The notes under the pieces: model-generated | Database searches by the model: none | Seen by the model: only the letters and a program-made list of their open reading frames with translations | What the model was told of the DNA's origin: nothing | From: Macrostomum lignano | Taxonomy: Eukaryota | DNA: 64,000 nucleotides | Assembly: GCA_002269645.1 (NCBI GenBank) | Contig: NIVC01000423.1 | Span: 124,001 to 188,000, forward strand | Direction: 5' to 3' | Shown here: positions 37,449 through 46,734 of the stretch, piece by piece | Numbering within the stretch: the stretch's first letter is position 1 | Layout: each line of letters starts with the position of its first letter | Position numbers and translations under genes: made by a program

Positions 37449-38294
37449 ATGGATGACTCAGAATTTGTTCTCAATCAATCAAGCATCAATCCATACATTC
37501 TAAACATAGAGTATGCAGTCCGAGGCCCCATAGTGGCCAATGCTCAGAGAATTCAAAGCGAACTAGATGCCGGAATTCCGAAGCCTTTCACTGAGCTAAT
37601 CTGGTGCAATATTGGCGATTGTCACGCTATGGGCCAGAAACCAATCAGCTTTCTTAGACAAGTCGTGGCTCTAATTGTTGATCCTAGTCTTATTGAATCC
37701 GACAGTCACTATCCGGCAGATGTGAAACAGAGAGCCAGACGAATTCTTGACAATGGCGGCGGTCTTCAATACAGCAGCGAGATGCTGGGCCTGCCTGTTA
37801 TTCGGCAAGATTGCGCCAACTACATTCAGGATAGAGATGGCGTGCCGTGCAATCCGGACAGTGTCATTCTGAGCACGGGGGCTGGCGAGATGATTAAAGA
37901 ATTGTTGCAGGTGTTTGCCAGATTGCAACCGTCTGCAAGTACTGTCAATGGTTTGCAGTATGGCGTGATGATCCCCATACCGCAGTATCCTATGTACTCA
38001 GCCTCAATTACGCAGTACAATCTGCAGTCGGTGCACTATTATTTAGACGAGTCTGACAATTGGAGCTTGGATCTGTCTGAGCTGCGCAGAGCCTACGATG
38101 AAGCTGTTGGTAAATGCGAGCCTCGAGTCTTAGTGGTGATTAATCCGGGAAATCCCACTGGCCAGGTACTGCGCAAAGAAGTGATCGAAGATGTTGTTCG
38201 ATTTGCCAAGGAGAAGAACCTGTTCATTCTGGCTGATGAAGTCTATCAGCACAATGTGTACGCGGAGGGGGCCAAGTTTTACAGCTTCAAACGG
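37449..38294 (+). CDS. GPT: Alanine aminotransferase-like paralog 1, exon 1
   Basis: [39 protein letters not shown] and ADEVYQ motifs; donor gtgagc at 38295. An upstream exon is possible. Confidence 0.93.
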
Positions 38295-38361
38295 GTGAGC
38301 AAAAAAATCACTAGTGACTCTAGAAACTCTGCGCAAAGAGGTAGCTGAGAGCCGTCCAAGG

Positions 38362-38700
38362 GTCGTTGTGTTAGCGCTTTAACTTTTTACTAACTTAAGT
38401 AGACTAAATAGAGTTGTTGTAAGTTCAAAATGCAATTATGATTCATAACGTGATGCAGAATGCGCTTTAGACGCAACTCAGTGATTCTACATTGACTCTA
38501 GCACGCCTCAGATGCAACTCTATACACGGCCTCAGAGTCGCAGACAATACAACGCCTCAAATTTTTGACAAATCTTAGGCGTCTCTTGGACGACTTGTAC
38601 TCGTCGTTTTAGAGTCGTCTAGAGTCGCTTGTTTCCTATTTTAGCTGTGTTACCTGCAGTGACTCTGGGGTGCTTCTTGGCCTAGATACCGTTTTCATCG
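38362..38700. repeat. Dispersed repeat copy in ALT1 intron 1 (second copy at 60472-60843)
   Basis: Shared gtcgttgtgttagcgctt...gatgcaactcagtgattct...ttttcatcg; unclassified. Confidence 0.7.
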
Positions 38701-38816
38701 ATCTTTTGATAATTTGACTATCGATTGCATAGTAAAGCTCTATTAAGTATAGAATGACATTGATGCTGCTTGACCTCCCGTGACCTCGGACCCCATTTCA
38801 TATCGGATATTGGCAG

Positions 38817-39343
38817 GTGCTGCACCGCCTTGGTCCGGAGTTCTCAACTACAGTCCAGCTGGCCTCGCTGATGTCGGCCAGCAAGGGCTACGCCGGCGAG
38901 TGCGGCTTCCGCGGCGGCTACTGCGAGCTGCTCAATCCAGACGCTCGGCTGCAGTCGCTGCTGTATCGTCAGCTTGCGAATCGAGGCTGTCCGTCGGTGG
39001 CAGGCCAGGCCATCCTAGACGTGATCGTGAACCCGCCTAAGCCCGACGAGCCATCATTCGCTGAGCACGAGCGCGAGAAGTCTCAAGTGCTCGGCGACCT
39101 GAAGCTGAAAGCTCAAATGGCCACTGAGACGTTCAACAGCATACCCGGAATGCGCTGCAATCCGGTTCAGGGCGCCATGTACGCTTTTCCCAGCATTGAG
39201 CTGCCGCCCAAGCTGATTGAGGAGGCCAAGGCGAAGGGAATGCAGCCGGATGCGATGTACTGCACCGCACTGCTGGAGGAGAAGGGCGTCTGTGTTGTGC
39301 CCGGGTCGGGCTTCGGTCAGCGACCCGGCACCTACCACTTTAG
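38817..39343 (+). CDS. GPT: ALT paralog 1, exon 2 (PLP lysine SKGYAGECGFRGGY)
   Basis: Acceptor tggcag; VQGAMYAFP and VPGSGFGQ motifs; phase-2 donor. Confidence 0.95.
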
Positions 39344-39439
39344 GTAGCCAACTCTGATCCAATCATTTCTTAATATAATTTTTAATCCCATCTCTTGTTT
39401 AAACTTTTGACCTCATTTCTGTTCTTTTTCTATGTCCCA

Positions 39440-41000
39440 TTTCCGGTTTTTGTTATCTATGATCCCATTTCCGATTTGTGTTCTCTGTGATCCCATTTCC
39501 GATGTGTGTTCCCTGTGATCCCATTTCCGATGTGTGTTCTCTGTGATCCCATTTCCGATGTGTGTTCTCTGTGATCCCATTTCCGATGTGTGTTCTCTGT
39601 GATCCCATTTCCGATGTGTGTTCTCTGTGATCCCATTTCCGATGTGTGTTCTCTGTGATCCCATTTCCGATGTGTGTTCCCTGTGATCCCATTTCCGATG
39701 TGTGTTCTCTGTGATCCCATTTCCGATGTGTGTTCTCTGTGATCCCATTTCCGATGTGTGTTCTCTGTGATCCCATTTCCGATGTGTGTTCTCTGTGATC
39801 CCATTTCCGATGTGTGTTCTCTATGATCCCATTTCCGATGTGTGTTCTCTGTGATCCATTTCCAGTTTGTGTTCTCTGCGATCCCATTTCCAGTTTGTGT
39901 TCTCTGTGATCCCATTTCCGATGTGTGTTCTCTATGATCCCATTTCCGATGTGTGTTCTCTGTGACCCATTTCCAGTTTGTGTTCTCTGCGATCCCATTT
40001 CCGATGTGTGTTCTCTGTGATCCCATTTCCGATGTGTGTTCTCTGTGACCCATTTCCAGTTTGTGTTCTCTGTGATCCCATTTCCGATGTGTGTTCTCTG
40101 TGACCCATTTCCAGTTTGTGTTCTCTGTGATCCCCTTTCCGATGTGTGTTCTCTGTGACCCATTTCCAGTTTGTGTTCTCTGCGATCCCATTTCCGATGT
40201 GTGTTCTCTGTGATCCCATTTCCGATGTGTGTTCTCTGTGACCCATTTCCAGTTTGTGTTCTCTGTGATCCCATTTCCGATGTGTGTTCTCTGTGACCCA
40301 TTTCCAGTTTGTGTTCTCTGCGATCCCATTTCCAGTTTGTGTTCTCTGTGATCCCATTTCCGATGTGTATGTGTGTTCTCTGTGACCCATTTCCAGTTTG
40401 TGTTCTCTGTGATCCCATTTCCGATGTGTGTTCTCTGTGATCCCATTTCCGATGTGTGTTCTCTGTGATCCCATTTCCGATGTGTGTTCTCTGTGATCCC
40501 ATTTCCGATGTGTGTTCTCTGTGATCCCATTTCCGATGTGTGTTCCCTGTGATCCCATTTCCGATGTGTGTTCTCTGTGATCCCATTTCCGATGTGTGTT
40601 CTCTGTGATCCCATTTCCGATGTGTGTTCTCTGTGATCCCATTTCCGATGTGTGTTCTCTGTGATCCCATTTCCGATGTGTGTTCTCTATGATCCCATTT
40701 CCGATGTGTGTTCTCTGTGATCCCATTTCCGATGTGTGTTCTCTATGATCCCATTTCCGATGTGTGTTCTCTGTGATCCCATTTCCAGTTTGTGTTCTCT
40801 GCGATCCCATTTCCAGTTTGTGTTCTCTGTGATCCCATTTCCGATGTGTGTTCTCTATGATCCCATTTCCGATGTGTGTTCTCTGTGACCCATTTCCAGT
40901 TTGTGTTCTCTGCGATCCCATTTCCGATGTGTGTGTGTGTGTGTGTGTGTTCTCTATGTACCATTTCCGATGTGCGTGTTCTCTATGATCACATTTCCGT
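39440..41000. repeat. 28-bp minisatellite (gatcccatttccgatgtgtgttctctgt) filling ALT1 intron 2
   Basis: About 55 units in two variant classes; about 1560 of 1700 nt of the intron. Confidence 0.97.
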
Positions 41001-41043
41001 TCATTATCATCTTAATAATGACAATGGTGTACTTCTGTTTCAG

Positions 41044-41134
41044 AATGACCATTCTACCGCCAGTTGACAAGCTGCGACAGGTCATGGAGCAGTTTCGAGA
41101 TTTTCATCAGAGTTTTGTGAATCGATTTTCGTAA
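41044..41134 (+). CDS. GPT: ALT paralog 1, last exon (RMTILPP...FS*)
   Basis: Acceptor tgtttcag; conserved HFR|MTILP junction; predicted protein about 487 aa. Confidence 0.93.
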
Positions 41135-41274
41135 TAACCAGACGTGCACAGGACGGGAGCAATTCTTTCAACCTTTTTGTTAGAGATTGCAGTTTTTAAA
41201 ACTTCTAATTTTTCCAGGATCCGGTTGTCTTAATTAGTTTTATACAATTTTACAAATAGAGTTGTATTTGTTAG

Positions 41275-42329
41275 TGTTGTACCTGTGGTTGTCCTGCTGT
41301 ACAGCGCAGTGACTTGGGCTCCGTCCTCTCACTTAGAAGCCTTCTTAACTTTAGTAGCGTAGGTAGTGCTGCCACCAGTTCCTTCAGGTCTCGGCCTTCG
41401 GTGAGGTGAGCTTCCCGTCGGAACGAAATAATGAAGTCAACGAACACAGCACGACGTGCAGATTTGCAGCTCAACGTATAAGGCGTCTCGTCAGCAGCAC
41501 CTGCCGGGCTTGGATGGTACAGGGAGGGCTGAGTTAGCCTCTCGTAGACTTGGATTGGTTTGGTCGGGTCTCAGTCGGAGCAATAGGAACAGAATCAATG
41601 TGCGCAAAGACTCGGACACTCGGGACTTAGTCACACGCGGACGTAGAACTCGAGGTTGAACAGAAGGAAGACTCCTTGACGGAAACAAGGGGGAGAGGGC
41701 TCCTATTTATAGCCGGGAAATTCCCACGCTCCAGACCTCGTGACTTGTTCTATTTTTAGAACTGACGTCACTCGAGAGTCTTGGGCAGGGTACAAGCGCG
41801 CGGAAGACCTCGTGACTTGTTCTATTTTTAGAACTGACGTCACTCGAGAGTCTTGGGCAGGGTACAAGCGCGCGGAAGACCTCGTGACTTGTTCTATTTT
41901 TAGAACTGACGTCACTTGAGGTCCCCGGCCAGAGTACACGCGGCTGTGACTCAGTTGCTATTTTTAGCAACATGAGTCACTCCTCTCCTTAGAGAAGGGA
42001 AGGGTCCGAAAGCACGTGACTCACCCGGTAAACAGGGCCAACGAGTGCAGTAAACATGTTTACTGCACTTTAAGACTCAAAGAACGCAAGAACTGTCATG
42101 TGACTTGCTCACAAGACAGGGAAAACGGGACGGGAGCGAAACAGAGACAGCCCACAGTCGAGAGACTGAGGGCTGAGAACGGAAACGCAACAGGGCGGAA
42201 AGGACACGGGGGCAACAGGCAAGCGAAAGGAGGGCGGGAAGCTGACCAGCGGCAGACAGCAACCCAAAGGGAGGGCGAGGGAACGGCTGACAAGGGTGAC
42301 GCCTAGCCATAAACTAGCGGCTCACTACA
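41275..42329 (-). repeat. 3' LTR of element B (TATA-like TATAAATA on minus at 41704-41711; 72-bp U3 repeat)
   Basis: Direct repeat of 50041-51023. Confidence 0.97.
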
Positions 42330-43047
42330 CTCTCCCCGTTCAAATAAAGAGGCGGAGTGAAGGCGGAGCGCGCCTTTATTTAAAAAGGTAAACTGCAGAA
42401 AATAAAATTTTGATTGGCAAAAAGGTGGTAACTTTGGCAGAATAGCAGAAGAGGGTGGGTCAGGCCCATGATTGCGACCCAAAACGCACGGCGGGGGCGC
42501 CTGCCCGCATGAATTCAGCGCCTAAATACCGGGGTGCTTTAAATAATAGCAGGGCCCGTGGGGGAGAAAGGGGATACCTGAGCAGGTATGGGGACGTAAA
42601 AATAGAGGCCGCAATCGGACTTAAACGCGCGGCTGGGCGAGAGCCGTAAAACTGCCCCATACGGTATTAGTGGAACACACCAAATGCAGACGGGGGGGCG
42701 CCAGCCCCAAGAAAGCAAGAAGCGCCTAAATACAAAGGGATGCGGGAGTTCTTGCAGAGCCCTGGGGAAGAAAAGCAAGGGACTGGCCAGAGGCCTTCAA
42801 AGGGTTATCATCAGCTTGAGCACAAATGGCAAATGCTGCTCACAAAAGGAGAAAATTAAATGGCGCGATTGCGCAAAATTCGCACAGTTGCTATGGGCGC
42901 TAAGTCAGTGGCGCCGAAGGGTTTCGCACTAGGCTGCTTCCTAAAATCAATCAGTCCGCCCTGCCGCAGTTCATTATGATCTCGGGCACTGCCGGTGTGC
43001 GCCCAGCAATTTGCCCAGCGATTAGCTGAGCTACAACGCGCGCTGTC

Positions 43048-46000
43048 TCAGGGTGCGGTGGTCGTCTGAGCGTGGGCTCGGCGAGTTGGTGAGTCCAAAC
43101 CCGTCAGGTCGATGCAGACGGGAGCGGCAGTTCGCGGTCGGCGCTGCCCCTTGGCTTCGGGCTTGGTGTCGGTCGTGGCGGGCTTGGGTCGCTCCCGGCT
43201 GGTTTCTGCGGCCTCGCGTGCTTGGTCGGCCTCGACCTGGCGTCGGATTGTCGCGATTCCTTGGGCGACAGCTTCCGTGCTGGCTGTTGACGCAGCCGCC
43301 TGTCCTCCTGATGAGGTTGGCGCTAGACGACGGACGACGGCCGGGTTCTCCGAGGGCGTCCCCTCGGCACCGGCGGTCCGGTTGTGCCCCGGTCGGCGTC
43401 GACGTCTGCGCCTCCTTGACGGGCGGTGGTTCTCCTCCGGCAGCGGCGTAGCTCCGCCGTCCTGGCGGAAGCCGAGCCGGAGCTGGGGAGGAATGCGATG
43501 AGCCTCTCGGTGCTCGCCAGATTCGAGCTGGCCGGCCGCTGCGCCGATCGGAGGCCCCGGTTCAACATAGTAACGGGGTCGATTGAGGCGAGCCTCAGTA
43601 GGCGGCGAGCGCTCAGTGCGCTTAGCAATACGGCGCGGTTGCATTTCTGCGCTGAAATTCGTTTTAGTTTGTGCGCGGATGCGGGCGGTGCGGCTAACGT
43701 AAGTTTTAGCCCTAGGATTAATAATCAGCCTCTCAGGCTGCCTACGGTTCCTAGCCGGCCTACCGGCATCTACAGTTCCTAATGACGCTTCCACCGGAGT
43801 GGTGCATAGCGACGGCCCAGGGGTCTGGACCACAGAAAAAGCAGCACTGGGGGCGGGAGCAGAAACGGGCGGAAAAGAAACAACAGGCGTAGACGCATCA
43901 AGAACAGGCTCATGCAAATGACATTCACCATACGGCACTGGCTCACGCCGAAGTGCACTTGCCTGGTTCGCTGGTGTCGTGACCGGTCCACCTCCTGGCT
44001 GCACCTCCGGGATCGCCAAAGGCCGGAAGTGCCATCGGAAGGCCGGCCTTGCGTCGTAGCCGTTATCATCATCGTCGTCGGGGTCGTCCTGGTCGTCCTC
44101 GGGAATCGGCGTCAGGGTCGCGGGTCCTGCGCCGTCGGGGACGTCGGGCGGTCGCCGACGCTTCTTCGGTTTGTCGACTTCAGGATCGGAAGTCCTCGTG
44201 TAATCGGCGTCAGGCACGAGTAGGAGGTTCCGGCGATGGACGATTAGTTCGTCTCGTCTGGCTCTCGGGTTGGGCAGTCTCCGTCGAATCTTGTAGACGA
44301 CCTCGCCCTTGGGCTCGACGACTTCGTATAGGGCTTTGCGAGGTCGATGAAACTTCGCCGCCTCATCCGGTTCGAGTACCGGGTTGTTGAGGAAGACCAG
44401 ATCGCCGGGTTGGAGCTTCTTGGCGACGGGCAGGTTCGAGTAGTGCTCGTCTCGCAGTTGCTGATGCAGATGCAGGCGCTCCTTGGCTAGCTCAGTCGCC
44501 TCGTCCAGGCGACGTTGGAAGTCCTTGACATAGTCGGGCAGGTTGGCATACTCGGGCAGCTTCTTTAGCGAGTTGTCGATCGGAAGTCGGAAGTCACGGC
44601 CGAACACCAGGTAGTGAGGCGTGAAACCTGTCACCGGGTGCACGCTGGAACGGAGAGCCATCAGACAAGCTGGGAGGAAGGTGTCCCAGTCGTTATGGTT
44701 GCGCTCGAGCAGACAGGTGAGGACACTCTTCAGCTGTTTGTTGAGGTTCTCGACTTGTCCGTTGGAAGCTGGATTGTACGGTGTTGTTGTCGTATGCCGA
44801 ATGCCAAACAGGTCGCAGAACTTCTTGAAGGCGGAGCCGGTGAAGTTGGTGCCTTGATCGGTGTGAATCCAGCATGGTACACCGAACTCGGGGATGAAGC
44901 GCTCCTGCAGAAGCTTGATGACTGTTTTGGCTTTCTGGTTTCTCATCGGGTAGGCGAATGGATACTTCGACGTCGCATCGCACAAGGTCAGGATGTAGCG
45001 GTTGCCGCTCTTGCTCTTCTGCGCGATTGGTCCTACTACATCACAGTGGATTCTACCCAGAACTTCGCAAACTGGGAAGCTCTGGACCGGAACTCTCTCT
45101 CGCCGTCGCGATTTACTTTCAAGGCAAGTGCGGCACTTACTGATGAAGGTCTTGGTAGCACGGGCTAATCCGGGTCTCCAGAACCGTTCTCGTAGCCGCA
45201 GTAACGTCTTCGTCTCGCCGAGGTGTCCACACAGTGGCGAACTGTGGAGCTCCTGGAGCACCTGGGCGTCAAGGGCCTCAGGCAGAACAACCTTTGGCGG
45301 CTGCTGGCCATCGGACAGGTCAATCAGCAGCAGGCCGTTGTCCTCCTGCAGGTTCTCGTAGTATCCGAGCAGGTTCCGCTGCTCCTTCTTCAGTCGCAAC
45401 CGGGCGTCGAACTCAGGCTTCGGGGCTTCGTTCTCGACCAAGTTGAGCACGTAGCTGATGGCTCGATCAGCGCGCTGGGCTTCAACGAACTGTTGGCGAG
45501 TCATCGGCAGCTTCAGAAAATCAGTGAGCACAGCGCGGCATGGCTGAGGGGTCCGGATTCCCGCAGTCTCCGCTTTAATGGCTCCAGGTCGATCACACGG
45601 CACCGTCTTGTCGGCGTCAGGATTAGGTCGCTCCGAGGGACTTTGTCTCACAACGTCGGCGTACGTCCGTTGATCTCGATTCGAAGTTCTCTTCATCGCT
45701 CTCAAGACAGAAAAATCCGCAGATGGAGCAGCGCGCATGCCTCCACTGCATAGCACAGGCGACTCTTGGCTGTAGGGCGGGACGCAACACGTGAAGCACG
45801 CTTCGTCGCAGGCAGCCGTAGCCGTCGGCTCAGTCGTCGTCAAAATTGGGTGAGTCTTCTCCTGCACTGGGCGGTGTCGCAAAGGGGGACTCGACTTTCC
45901 GCACAGGCGATGAGCAGCTGTCTGTCGGCCCGGGGGACAGAGCTTCGACCTTGCAGCTGGCGCGAGATTCTGGCCTCTGTCAACACGGCGAGAAATCCCA

Positions 46001-46734
46001 GCGAAAGGCTCGGAAGGGTTGTAGTTAAATTGCTTGCCTGGAGTTGCGTTGCGGGCCGTCATCAGAAGGGCTGCTGGTGCGGTGGCCTTTGAATCTTGGT
46101 CCGGGGGCGTCTCCAGAGTCCGAGACCTGTAGTCTTGGGCGTCGTCAAGGAGGTCTGTGTCCACAGTGGCCTCAAGGTCTTCGTCCAGGTTGGTCTCCAA
46201 ATTGCAGCGGGCGGCATGGGCATCGCGGCAGAGGGCTGTTGTCGCAGTGGCCTCTGAGTTGTCGTCCAGGCCGGTCTCCAGGCGTTGACTGCAGCGGTGG
46301 GCGTCGTGTTGGAAGGCTGCTGGCGCGGTGGCTTCCAGGTCTTCGTCCAGGTCAGTCTCGGCCTCCAAGCAGCGAGATTGGACTGTCTTCTGGAGGGCTG
46401 CTCTGGCAGTGGCCTCGGGTGTCAGGTCCGAATCCGGTTCCAGGTCGTGGTTGTCACCGGGTCGGGCTGCAGAACCAGGTTGCTCTAGCAGTCGGCCATG
46501 CTCGCAGGAGATCGGCGGCGCCTCCGGTCTTCTTGACAGGGCATCAGCGTTGGCGTGGTCCTTGCCTTTGCGGTGGTTGAGCTGGAAGCGGAACTCGCTT
46601 AGGCGTTCGATCCAGCGGCCTAAAATACCTGTGGCCTGAGTCTGGTTCAGTAACCACAGTAAGGCCCGATGATCGGATCGAACTTCAAACTTCTTGCCAA
46701 TTAAATAATGACGGAAATGTCGCATAGCGTCCAC
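43048..46734 (-). CDS. Element B Pol, part 2: RNase H C-terminus, long repetitive linker, integrase and C-terminal extension
   Basis: SDHRAL; HHCC (LHSSPLCGH...CRTC); IHCDVVGP / HTDQG / QVENLN DDE triad. Joined to part 1 across a 1-nt frameshift at about 46750. Confidence 0.93.
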   Translation of the reverse strand: MDAMRHFRHYLIGKKFEVRSDHRALLWLLNQTQATGILGRWIERLSEFRFQLNHRKGKDHANADALSRRPEAPPISCEHGRLLEQPGSAARPGDNHDLEPDSDLTPEATARAALQKTVQSRCLEAETDLDEDLEATAPAAFQHDAHRCSQRLETGLDDNSEATATTALCRDAHAARCNLETNLDEDLEATVDTDLLDDAQDYRSRTLETPPDQDSKATAPAALLMTARNATPGKQFNYNPSEPFAGISRRVDRGQNLAPAARSKLCPPGRQTAAHRLCGKSSPPLRHRPVQEKTHPILTTTEPTATAACDEACFTCCVPPYSQESPVLCSGGMRAAPSADFSVLRAMKRTSNRDQRTYADVVRQSPSERPNPDADKTVPCDRPGAIKAETAGIRTPQPCRAVLTDFLKLPMTRQQFVEAQRADRAISYVLNLVENEAPKPEFDARLRLKKEQRNLLGYYENLQEDNGLLLIDLSDGQQPPKVVLPEALDAQVLQELHSSPLCGHLGETKTLLRLRERFWRPGLARATKTFISKCRTCLESKSRRRERVPVQSFPVCEVLGRIHCDVVGPIAQKSKSGNRYILTLCDATSKYPFAYPMRNQKAKTVIKLLQERFIPEFGVPCWIHTDQGTNFTGSAFKKFCDLFGIRHTTTTPYNPASNGQVENLNKQLKSVLTCLLERNHNDWDTFLPACLMALRSSVHPVTGFTPHYLVFGRDFRLPIDNSLKKLPEYANLPDYVKDFQRRLDEATELAKERLHLHQQLRDEHYSNLPVAKKLQPGDLVFLNNPVLEPDEAAKFHRPRKALYEVVEPKGEVVYKIRRRLPNPRARRDELIVHRRNLLLVPDADYTRTSDPEVDKPKKRRRPPDVPDGAGPATLTPIPEDDQDDPDDDDDNGYDARPAFRWHFRPLAIPEVQPGGGPVTTPANQASALRREPVPYGECHLHEPVLDASTPVVSFPPVSAPAPSAAFSVVQTPGPSLCTTPVEASLGTVDAGRPARNRRQPERLIINPRAKTYVSRTARIRAQTKTNFSAEMQPRRIAKRTERSPPTEARLNRPRYYVEPGPPIGAAAGQLESGEHREAHRIPPQLRLGFRQDGGATPLPEENHRPSRRRRRRRRPGHNRTAGAEGTPSENPAVVRRLAPTSSGGQAAASTASTEAVAQGIATIRRQVEADQAREAAETSRERPKPATTDTKPEAKGQRRPRTAAPVCIDLTGLDSPTRRAHAQTTTAP

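Noticed and set aside
39413-40964. Long minus-strand repeat ORFs, and similar ones at 1790-2461, 12751-13424, 53030-53968, 56304-56976 and 58720-59558
   Set aside because: Minisatellite translations with no start context or domain.
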